Source of the DNA: an uncultured Methanobrevibacter sp.
Lineage (GTDB): Archaea; Methanobacteriota; Methanobacteria; Methanobacteriales; Methanobacteriaceae
Reading direction: 5' to 3'
DNA length: 32,000 bases
NCBI RefSeq assembly: GCF_947166415.1
Contig: NZ_CAMVEE010000015.1
Span: 1,413 to 33,412, forward strand
The notes below the pieces were generated by a model that worked only from the letters and a program-made list of their open reading frames with translations, was not told the DNA's origin and searched no databases. The translations under genes and the position numbers were made by a program. Below, one piece after another: positions 1 to 7,139 of this stretch (position 1 is the first letter of the stretch; each line of letters opens with the position of its first letter).

Positions 1-970
1 TATCGGATGTGCCGTACTTCCAAGATTTTTCCTAAAAAATGACGGCAAAATCGCTATCGAATTTAATAGAAACGATATGTATTCAATCGGATTCTGCCTG
101 ATGATTGTGAGCATCTTGTTTTTCTTCATCAGCATAGCTTCAGTTGGCGGAATTCCAATATTGAAACCTTCAATAAGGTATCTGCTAAAACCTGCATTCA
201 CCATGCCAGTATTCCTAATCATACCTGCAACCTGTTTAATAGCCAGCGTTTATCTTAAGGATTATCAGGATGAAAAAATCACACGCCAGCAAACAAGATT
301 CAGATTCCTATTATTGCTCATCATAGACTGTGCAATATTATTGACTTTAGGGTATAGGACACCACTACTTGCATCATTTCTCATCATAATAATGATAGGT
401 TACTTTGGAAATATCGTTTCACCATGGGAAGTTATAGTTGGAGCATTAATTGGTGTATGTGCAATCATAGGAATTGGATATTTTAGATCAATTAAAGAGT
501 TAACACTGACCACAGCAACCAGCCCAATTGCCAGTTTGCAAAACAGGGCAGATTTTACATTGCACGTTTTGAATCTGCTTGACAGGATTGGTGGAACTTT
601 CGGCATGCTGCATGGACATCTTTTGGCAAGCTCCATTCCTGGAAGTGACCTTGGACCTAGGATGCTGGTTGGAAAGTTGATTGCATGGAGAAGCGAAGTT
701 ACAATAACCCCGACATTGATTGGGCAGATGGTGGTCGACTTCGGAAAGGTTGGAGTTGGAGTTGAGATGTGTGCTTTAGGATTCATCTTAGGCATAGGAT
801 TTAAAATAATGAGAGCCACCAAAAACTATTTTTATATCGGATTATACAGCCTAATTTTAACTTATTCTATTTTAGGCATTGAAACTGGAATATTGGACAT
901 TCAGGTTTTACTATATTTCACAATAGCTATTTTTATCTATTTAACCTACCTTGTAAAATCAAGAAATTAG
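1..970 (+). CDS. Polytopic integral membrane protein, probably 5'-truncated by the window edge
   Basis: The reading frame of the 77..970 ORF is open from base 2 of the window (IGCAVLPRFFLKNDGKIAIEFNRND precedes the first Met), so the gene probably starts upstream. The translation is a series of hydrophobic helices. No catalytic motif was recognised. It is only loosely reminiscent of Wzy/oligosaccharide-repeat-polymerase type proteins. Confidence 0.45.
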   Translation, partial: IGCAVLPRFFLKNDGKIAIEFNRNDMYSIGFCLMIVSILFFFISIASVGGIPILKPSIRYLLKPAFTMPVFLIIPATCLIASVYLKDYQDEKITRQQTRFRFLLLLIIDCAILLTLGYRTPLLASFLIIIMIGYFGNIVSPWEVIVGALIGVCAIIGIGYFRSIKELTLTTATSPIASLQNRADFTLHVLNLLDRIGGTFGMLHGHLLASSIPGSDLGPRMLVGKLIAWRSEVTITPTLIGQMVVDFGKVGVGVEMCALGFILGIGFKIMRATKNYFYIGLYSLILTYSILGIETGILDIQVLLYFTIAIFIYLTYLVKSRN

Positions 971-989
971 CATATTTTTTAACCATTTT

Positions 990-1205
990 GTATTACTAAA
1001 TTTAAAGAATAATACTAAAAAGTATTACTTTAATAACCTTTATATATGGCTATAACATTTAAATATTAAATGTCAAGCTACAATAATGTTTTGTTAACCT
1101 TTAAATTTAATAAAACTCCCAATTAACTTGATATTACTAAAAACAAATGAAAATAATACTTTTTGTTAATACTCAGTATTTAAATAAACTGGAAAAAAGT
1201 ATTAC
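990..1205 (+). promoter_or_regulatory. Promoter and leader of the Ni/Co ECF transporter operon, with clustered GTAWTAC heptamers
   Basis: Exact GTATTAC at 990-996, 1022-1028 and 1199-1205. One-mismatch copies: ATAATAC 1009-1015 and 1153-1159, ATATTAC 1131-1137, TTAATAC 1166-1172. Box A TTTATATA lies at 1039-1046, preceded by TAATAACC. The string AGTATTACTTTAATAACCTTTATAT is nearly the same as the promoter modules at 25035-25060 and 21235-21260 read on the minus strand. Confidence 0.6.
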
Positions 1206-1228
1206 TTTACATAAATGGAGGAATGAAA

Positions 1229-1867
1229 TTGCATATACCTGACGGATTTATACCTATTGCACAATGTCTAGTATACTATGTAATATTGATTGTTGCATTA
1301 TACTTCTCTGTGAAATGGGCAAGATCTAATTTAGATGAAAAACGTATACCTCTCTTAGCTGTGCTTGCTGCCGGTATCTTTGCAATCATGTCCATGAACA
1401 TGCCAATTCCATTCGGTACAAGTGGACATATGGTTGGGGGAGCATTAGTAGCAATTGTATTCCTTGCTCCTGAAGCGGCTGTTTTAGTATTTACCGTAGT
1501 ACTACTTATTCAAGCTCTCATCTTCGGAGACGGAGGAATTACTGCATTAGGTGCAAATGTATTGAATATGGCAATAATTGGAGGATTTGTTGGATTATAC
1601 ACCTTTAAATTCTTACAAGGAACAATTGGAAAATATCCTGCTGCCGGAATCGGAGCATGGTTAGCTACCGTAATTGCAGCTTTAGCTTGTGCAATTGAAA
1701 TGGCAATAGCTGGAACTTTCCCTGTAAACGTGGGCATTCCATCAATGGTATTATACCACTTCTTTATTGGAATAATCGAAGCAGTATTAACCGTAATCGT
1801 TCTTGTCGCCCTAGACAAATTCAGACCAGATTTGCTTGCATGGAATAAAAGTGAAGGAGATGCATAA
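1229..1867 (+). CDS. cbiM: ECF transporter substrate-capture component CbiM/NikM (Ni/Co)
   Basis: N-terminus ..HIPDGF.. followed by multiple TM helices is typical of CbiM/NikM, and the gene sits in M-N-Q-O order. The ORF track starts at ATG 1223, but GGAGG (1217-1221) is only 1 nt from that ATG. It is 7 nt from TTG 1229. Starting at TTG gives the canonical M-H-I-P-D-G N-terminus, whose N-terminal amine and His2 bind the metal in characterised NikM/CbiM proteins. Confidence 0.85.
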   Translation: MHIPDGFIPIAQCLVYYVILIVALYFSVKWARSNLDEKRIPLLAVLAAGIFAIMSMNMPIPFGTSGHMVGGALVAIVFLAPEAAVLVFTVVLLIQALIFGDGGITALGANVLNMAIIGGFVGLYTFKFLQGTIGKYPAAGIGAWLATVIAALACAIEMAIAGTFPVNVGIPSMVLYHFFIGIIEAVLTVIVLVALDKFRPDLLAWNKSEGDA

Positions 1868-1868
1868 A

Positions 1869-2171
1869 ATGGATAAAAAAGATACATATTTAATTGTTGT
1901 TGCAGTGGTCATTTGTATTGTAATTTGCTGTCTTTCACCATATATTGCATCCGGTGACCCAGATGGTCTTGAAAAATCTGCAGAAGATTCTGGACTTGCA
2001 GAAGACTTCTCAATCGAAGAAATCAAAGGAATTCCTAATGCGGTATTCCCAGATTATGCATTTGCAAACGATCCTGATAACCAAGCATTACAAATTGTAG
2101 CCCTTGTGATAGGTGCAATATTGACCTTGGTAGTAGGATACGGAGTTGCAGAAATTGTTAGAAACAGATAG
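1869..2171 (+). CDS. Small two-TM PDGLE-motif protein, the N component of the Ni/Co ECF transporter (NikN/CbiN-like)
   Basis: About 100 aa with N- and C-terminal TM helices and the motif GDPDGLEK (PDGLE). It lies directly after cbiM. AGGAGA at 1854-1859 abuts ATG 1860, so ATG 1869 (MDKKDTYL) is the better-spaced start. The track ORF from 1836 overlaps the cbiM 3' end. Confidence 0.7.
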   Translation: MDKKDTYLIVVAVVICIVICCLSPYIASGDPDGLEKSAEDSGLAEDFSIEEIKGIPNAVFPDYAFANDPDNQALQIVALVIGAILTLVVGYGVAEIVRNR

Positions 2172-2207
2172 AAATTAAATTATTTAATTTCTATTTTCCC
2201 TTTTTTT
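2170..2207 (+). terminator. Perfect 11-bp palindrome plus T7 tract between the N and Q genes (possible internal attenuator or terminator)
   Basis: AGAAATTAAAT (2170-2180) and ATTTAATTTCT (2182-2192) are exact reverse complements. They are followed by attttccc and TTTTTTT (2201-2207). The structure sits in a 118-nt gap inside the M-N-Q-O gene order. Confidence 0.4.
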
Positions 2208-2289
2208 AAAAGTAATTGAAATTTTCTGAAATTGACATGACAAAATAATAATATATTACTAATTTTTAATATTATAGTAGTGAATAACC

Positions 2290-3120
2290 ATGGTAGACAT
2301 AACGCAGATAATGAGATTTGATGATTTGGCATCAAAAAACAGTCCCATCCACAATCTTGAAGGACGAATAAAATTAATTTCAACCATATTCATAATTCTT
2401 GTTTGCGTTGTTTCAAAAGAGATTTTCATACCCATAATACTGGAAATACTGTTATTGATTATTTTAAAAATAGCCGACTTGTCATACATAGATTCTGCAA
2501 AAAGGCTATTGATGTTGCTTCCTTTCGGTGGAGCAATCATCATATTCCAGCCATTCATTCAGCCGGGAAACATACTCTGGAGTTATTCATGGCTGCATGT
2601 TACTGACGTCGGATTGAATTGGGCGATTCTGCTGCTTGTACGTATGATTGTTTGTTTAACTGCAATCATCATATACTCATCAACAACACCCCTGCAGGAA
2701 ATGGCCAGCTCCTTTAGAAAGCTGAAGATGCCAAGGGATTTGGCTATGATACTGTCAATCATGGTTAGGTTCTTGTTTCTGTTTGTCGATGAACTTGCGG
2801 CAATCAGAAAAAGCCAAAAATCAAGAAACTTCAGTATCCACTCCAAAAACACTCCCTACAAATGGAGAGTGAAGCAGGTCGGATATACAATAGGCATGAT
2901 GTTTTTAAAGTCATATGAACAGGGAGAAAGAGTTCATAAAAGTATGGTGAGCCGTGGCTTTTCCGATGCATCTGAAATGTTCAGCGAAAAGAAATCCCCT
3001 GAACGCAGCGATTACGCTTATCTAATAATAATTATTGTAGTTGTAATAGTCCTTGAAATAATCCTATTCAAATATGGTGGACAATTAGGTTACTTCGGTC
3101 AGAATTTAGCAATTAATTAG
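2290..3120 (+). CDS. cbiQ: ECF transporter transmembrane (T) component CbiQ
   Basis: 276-aa multi-TM protein located between the N component and the ABC ATPase. It has the CbiQ/EcfT-like length, topology and Arg-rich cytoplasmic coupling segment (AAIRKSQKSRNF). Confidence 0.75.
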   Translation: MVDITQIMRFDDLASKNSPIHNLEGRIKLISTIFIILVCVVSKEIFIPIILEILLLIILKIADLSYIDSAKRLLMLLPFGGAIIIFQPFIQPGNILWSYSWLHVTDVGLNWAILLLVRMIVCLTAIIIYSSTTPLQEMASSFRKLKMPRDLAMILSIMVRFLFLFVDELAAIRKSQKSRNFSIHSKNTPYKWRVKQVGYTIGMMFLKSYEQGERVHKSMVSRGFSDASEMFSEKKSPERSDYAYLIIIIVVVIVLEIILFKYGGQLGYFGQNLAIN

Positions 3121-3128
3121 GTGAAATA

Positions 3129-3968
3129 ATGGAACATATACATTTGGAAACAAAAAACTTAACTTTTACATATCCCGACGGTACTCAAGCTTTGAAAAAT
3201 GTAAACATTAAAATCAGAAAGGGAGAAAAGATAGCCATTATGGGACCTAATGGTGCTGGAAAATCAACATTATTCTCACATTTCAACGGTTTGAGCGAAC
3301 CTACCTCTGGCCATGTTGAAGTGGACGGCGAAAAGATAGTTTTTGAAAGGGACGAACTGCTAAAGGTTAGGCAAAAAGTAGGAATAGTGTTCCAGGATCC
3401 AAATGACCAGCTGTTTGCACCTACAGTCAAGGAAGATATTGCTTTTGGACCTATGAATCTTGGTCTTGACTATGATGAAGTCGAAAAAAGAATCAAGGAA
3501 TCCTTGGAAATGGTTGGAATGTCCGGCTTTGAAGACAAGACACCTCACCACTTGAGTGGAGGTCAGCAGAAAAGGGTTGCAATTGCAGGCATTATTGCAA
3601 TGAGACCTGAAATAATGATTCTTGATGAACCGACTGCAGGACTTGACCCTGAAGGTGTTGATAAGGTACTGAACATATTGAATAACCTAAATGAAGAAGG
3701 AATAAGCATCGTCATTTCATCACACGACATAGAGATGGTAAACCACTTTGCATACAAGATATTCGTTTTGTATGGTGGTGAAATAATCGCTGAAGGAGAC
3801 AAGCACCAAATATTTTCAGATAAGGAATTATTAAAAAAAGCTCATTTAAAAGCTCCGATAACTACAGAGATTTTATATAAATTGAAAGAAAATGGATTGG
3901 ATGTTGATACAGAAAAAATCAGCATTGAAGAAACAGTAGAGGAAATATTAAAAGCTAAAAATGATTAA
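3129..3968 (+). CDS. cbiO: ECF transporter ATP-binding (A) component CbiO
   Basis: Walker A GPNGAGKST, ABC signature LSGGQQKRV, Walker B ILDEPTAGLD, H-loop SSHD. AGGTGA RBS at 3119-3124. Confidence 0.9.
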   Translation: MEHIHLETKNLTFTYPDGTQALKNVNIKIRKGEKIAIMGPNGAGKSTLFSHFNGLSEPTSGHVEVDGEKIVFERDELLKVRQKVGIVFQDPNDQLFAPTVKEDIAFGPMNLGLDYDEVEKRIKESLEMVGMSGFEDKTPHHLSGGQQKRVAIAGIIAMRPEIMILDEPTAGLDPEGVDKVLNILNNLNEEGISIVISSHDIEMVNHFAYKIFVLYGGEIIAEGDKHQIFSDKELLKKAHLKAPITTEILYKLKENGLDVDTEKISIEETVEEILKAKND

Positions 3969-4162
3969 TTTGTTGCATTTTTACCTTTTAACTTATTTTT
4001 TAATTTTTTAATGAATTCGAATTCCTGGTCCAGCTCAGGTGAATTTGCAAAGCCACAATTAGGGCAATGAATGCTGTTACACCCATGCTTCCCACAACTG
4101 GAACATCCACGATTTTCCAATTGGGTTTCATCAAATTCAAAACCGCACATTCTGCATTTCAT
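3965..4162 (-). CDS. Small Cys-rich zinc-ribbon protein at the end of the feo cluster
   Basis: 65 aa with CxxC...CxxC...CxxC spacing (MKCRMCGF..CSSCGKHGC..CPNCGF) and a Lys-rich tail. It lies downstream of feoB-feoA on the same strand. Its stop codon shares the tetranucleotide TTAA (3965-3968) with the convergent cbiO stop. Confidence 0.55.
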   Translation of the reverse strand: MKCRMCGFEFDETQLENRGCSSCGKHGCNSIHCPNCGFANSPELDQEFEFIKKLKNKLKGKNATN

Positions 4163-4216
4163 TATATAACACCGTTAATAAAATCAGTTTAAAAAAAATA
4201 AATAAAAACATTGAAG

Positions 4217-4447
4217 TTATTCCACTTCAATATTTTCAGCTTCTTCCTTACGAAGACATACGTCATATCCTTTAATAGTCATTTCAATTGGATCTCCCAA
4301 GGTAGCTACTTTTTTAACTTGAATTTTAGCTCCTTTAACGAAACCCATACCTAACAAATGTCTTCTTAAATCGACATCCCCAGTGTCATGATACTTAACC
4401 AAAGTTACTGTTTCACCAGGTTTAACATCTTTTAATGTCCTTGCCAT
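4217..4447 (-). CDS. feoA: FeoA-family small protein (SH3-like ferrous iron transport accessory)
   Basis: 76 aa. The pattern L.D.KPGE...V.........RRHLLGMGF.KGA.I.V......GDPIE..IKGY...LRK.EA..I.V is typical of FeoA. GGTGAT RBS present. Confidence 0.8.
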   Translation of the reverse strand: MARTLKDVKPGETVTLVKYHDTGDVDLRRHLLGMGFVKGAKIQVKKVATLGDPIEMTIKGYDVCLRKEEAENIEVE

Positions 4448-4467
4448 AATATCACCATATGCATTAA

Positions 4468-4540
4468 TTTTTAGGTATACAAAAATTCGTTATATTATAT
4501 TCTATAATAACAACTATATAAATATTTAGTTATGGCTAAA
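4468..4540 (-). promoter_or_regulatory. Possible feoA promoter with degenerate iron-box-like sites
   Basis: On the minus strand, box A TTTATATA (plus 4515-4522) is flanked by TTTAGTTATGGCTAAA (4525-4540) and TTTTTAGGTATACAAAAA (4468-4485). Both keep only part of the TTTAGG-N4-CCTAAA palindrome seen upstream of feoB. Confidence 0.35.
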
Positions 4541-4632
4541 AATTTAAAAAAAATGATAATTAGAAAATCTAATCATCATCCTTTTTTGGAATTTTTACGC
4601 CTTTTATTCCGCTTTTACTGCGCATATCATCA

Positions 4633-6651
4633 CTATCCGAATCCTGCTAATTTTCCAATGTTGAAAATCAAGAATGAAACTATATATGCAGTCACTAAAG
4701 TAATGGCACACATAGTTGCCGCCCATTTATAACTGTTTGTTTCCTGTTTGATTGCACCGATAGCTGCGAAACATGGGGTGTACAACAAGGTAAATGCCAT
4801 GAATGAAAACGCGGACAATGGGGTGAAAGTATCATGTACCAAACTGGTAATACCTTCTTCGTCATCCTCTTCCATACCTGCAAGAGTACCGAAGGTTGCA
4901 ACAACAACTTCTTTAGCAGCCAAACCGGCAATGATTGCCACAGCAGCTTGCCAAGTTCCGAATCCTAAAGGAGCAAAGATTGGTGCAATAACGTTACCTA
5001 TCATACCTAATACACTTTGAGCAGATCCGTATTCAACACCCAATGGGAAAATGCTTAATGCCCATAAAACGATTGAACAAGCAAGAATGATTGTACCTGC
5101 TTTTCTTAAGAATCCTTTTACTTTTTCCCAGGTGTGTAATAATACACCTTTGATGGATGGTATTTTATAAGTCGGCAATTCCATAACAAATGGAGTTGAT
5201 AGTCCTTTGAATAATGTCCTCTTAAGGATAGCTGCAACAATAAGTGCAACAGCAATACCTAATAAATAGATTGCAAGCAATACGTTACCTTGATTGTCAG
5301 CGAAAAATGCTCCTATGAAAATAGCATAGATAGGCAATCTTGCAGTACATGACATGAACGGAACAAGCATCATAGCAAGCATACGGTCCCCTTCATTTTC
5401 CATGGTTCTTGTTGCCATGATAGCTGGAACACCACATCCGAATCCTAAAATCATAGGGATGAAAGCTTTACCGTGAAGACCTACAATCTTGTGCATGAGT
5501 TTATCTAAAGTGAAAGCAGCCCTTGCCAAGTAACCACAGTCCTCCAATATACTTAAGAACAGGAACATGAGAATAATAATTGGCAAGAAAGTGAGAACAC
5601 CACCTACTCCACCTATGATACCATCACAGATGAATGATGCAAGATATTCGTTTGCAATAAATCCTCCAATGAATTCACCTAAAGCGCCGAATGCCTGGTC
5701 AATCATATCCTGGAAAGGAGCTCCGATAGTAAATGTTAATTGGAACATCACCCACATTATAATAATAAATATGAATGGGGCTAAAATCCTGTTAGTCACA
5801 ATCTTATCAATTTTATCAGTAGTAGTCTCTTTTTCAACAGCAGGTCTTTTAACAGCTTCGGCCATTAACCCATCGATAAATGCATATCTTGCATTTGCAA
5901 TGACCTCTTCAGGACCTTCCTTATAAACATCATGCAAATGTTTACTTACTTTATCCACTTCAACCAATATTTTGGATCCATAACTGGACTGTTGAACTTT
6001 TTGAATTACAATAGAATCTTTTTCTAATAATTTGATGGCAGTCCAGATTGAAGGAACATCCAATAGATTGCTGTCCTTTTCAATAACGGCCTGAAGCTCA
6101 GATAAATGTCCTTTAATATCATTGCTGTAAGCTAACTTTTCACTAGAGTCAACAGGATTTTTAGCGGCTTTTTCAACAGCATTCAATAAATCTTCAAAAC
6201 CGTCTTTTGTTTTCGCATTAATTTCCACAACTGGGAACCCTAAAAGTTCACTCATCAATGGAATATCAATTATGTGCTCTTTTTTCTTTGCAAAATCATT
6301 CATGTTAAGTGCCATTACCAAGTTAGCACCCAATTCCATCATTTGAACTGTTAAATATAAATTACGCTCCAGATTAGCAGCATCAACCACATTGACAATC
6401 ACATCAGAATCGTCATCTACAATGAAATCTCTTGAAACGATTTCTTCCATAGAATGAGCGCTTAATGCATAATTACCTGGCAAATCGACAACATCATACT
6501 CATAACTTCCATGTTTAAAATGACCTTCCGCCCTTTCAACGGTTTTTCCAGGCCAGTTACCTACATGTTGACGCATACCAGTTAATTGATTGAATACAGT
6601 AGTTTTACCCACGTTAGGGTTTCCTGCTAATCCTACAATTAATTTTGTCAT
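4633..6651 (-). CDS. feoB: Ferrous iron transporter FeoB (N-terminal GTPase plus membrane permease)
   Basis: G1 motif GNPNVGKTT, G3 DLPG and G4 NMND, followed by a long polytopic C-terminal domain. 672 aa. GGGAG RBS. Confidence 0.92.
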   Translation of the reverse strand: MTKLIVGLAGNPNVGKTTVFNQLTGMRQHVGNWPGKTVERAEGHFKHGSYEYDVVDLPGNYALSAHSMEEIVSRDFIVDDDSDVIVNVVDAANLERNLYLTVQMMELGANLVMALNMNDFAKKKEHIIDIPLMSELLGFPVVEINAKTKDGFEDLLNAVEKAAKNPVDSSEKLAYSNDIKGHLSELQAVIEKDSNLLDVPSIWTAIKLLEKDSIVIQKVQQSSYGSKILVEVDKVSKHLHDVYKEGPEEVIANARYAFIDGLMAEAVKRPAVEKETTTDKIDKIVTNRILAPFIFIIIMWVMFQLTFTIGAPFQDMIDQAFGALGEFIGGFIANEYLASFICDGIIGGVGGVLTFLPIIILMFLFLSILEDCGYLARAAFTLDKLMHKIVGLHGKAFIPMILGFGCGVPAIMATRTMENEGDRMLAMMLVPFMSCTARLPIYAIFIGAFFADNQGNVLLAIYLLGIAVALIVAAILKRTLFKGLSTPFVMELPTYKIPSIKGVLLHTWEKVKGFLRKAGTIILACSIVLWALSIFPLGVEYGSAQSVLGMIGNVIAPIFAPLGFGTWQAAVAIIAGLAAKEVVVATFGTLAGMEEDDEEGITSLVHDTFTPLSAFSFMAFTLLYTPCFAAIGAIKQETNSYKWAATMCAITLVTAYIVSFLIFNIGKLAGFG

Positions 6652-6763
6652 TAACCATTCTCCCTTTTTATTTAACTTCGATAAATTACATTTATTTAAA
6701 TAAAGGTAATTTATACACTAAAAAAATTATTTTTAGTTTAAGTCCATACCGAATATATCAAAA

Positions 6764-6925
6764 ATTAGGTTAACCTAAACATAATTTATTATTATGATTT
6801 TATGATATATAAATATTTAGGCATACCAAATAATTTAAAATTTAGGTACGCCTAAAAATTAGAAAGGTTTATATACTATGATGATCAACATTTAATACAA
6901 GTGATGAAATTTAGGCACACCTAAA
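6764..6925. promoter_or_regulatory. Divergent promoter region with four iron-box-like palindromes (TTTAGG-N4-CCTAAA)
   Basis: ATTAGGTTAACCTAAA 6764-6779, TTTAGGCATACCAAAT 6816-6831, TTTAGGTACGCCTAAA 6841-6856, TTTAGGCACACCTAAA 6910-6925. Box A for feoB lies on the minus strand around 6803-6818. A canonical AGAAAGGTTTATATA at 6861-6875 on the plus strand points away from feoB. The first site matches 13 of 14 positions of the start of the classical DtxR consensus, TTAGGTTAGCCTAA (quoted from memory). Confidence 0.65.
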
Positions 6926-7125
6926 TTATGCCTAAACATTGCTTTAACAAACATTATTTATTAGTCAAAAAACAATAAAATCTCCAAATATAGACAAATA
7001 TTAAATTAGCTTTCACAATTTTCTAATTTAATATTCGGGAAATCTTTGGACGGGATTTCCAAAAACACGCAATTGGTGTTTAACTCTCCTCCATATATTA
7101 AACACCAATTAATCCCCTCTTTTTT
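6898..7125 (+). ncRNA. Candidate iron-box-controlled small RNA, copy 1
   Basis: Plus-strand BRE/TATA at 6861-6875, operator 34 nt downstream, and no credible ORF. A conserved 25-nt core ATTAGCTTTCACAATTTTCTAATTT (7005-7029) differs by 1 nt from the paralog at 17113-17137. Hairpin GGAAATC/GATTTCC at 7038-7060. Terminal hairpin GGTGTTTAA (7075-7083) / TTAAACACC (7098-7106) with loop CTCTCCTCCATATA, followed by T6 (7120-7125). The 5' end is inferred, not observed. Confidence 0.5.
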
Positions 7126-7139
7126 AAAAAAAATAATCT

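Noticed and set aside
400-822. 140-aa minus-strand ORF inside the membrane protein gene
   Set aside because: It lies entirely antisense to a longer, hydrophobic, clearly coding ORF. No RBS and no recognisable motif. A typical shadow ORF.
1510-2026. Minus-strand ORFs 1510..1887 and 1811..2026 across cbiM and the N gene
   Set aside because: Antisense shadows of well-supported transporter genes.
2180-2852. ORFs 2180..2383(-), 2259..2558(-), 2403..2606(+) and 2583..2852(-)
   Set aside because: They overlap cbiQ in other frames or on the other strand. They are low-complexity translations without an RBS.
4532-5926. ORFs 4532..4732(+), 4695..4931(-), 4748..5020(+) and 5567..5926(+) around feoB
   Set aside because: All overlap the 672-aa FeoB reading frame or its 3' end. 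None has an SD, and their compositions are those of out-of-frame translations.
7060-7073. 14-mer CAAAAACACGCAAT shared between the sRNA candidate (7060-7073) and the region after ABCE1 (20864-20877)
   Set aside because: The flanks do not align. A single 14-nt A-rich match in a 32 kb AT-rich window could be chance. A genome-wide count is needed before giving it any meaning.
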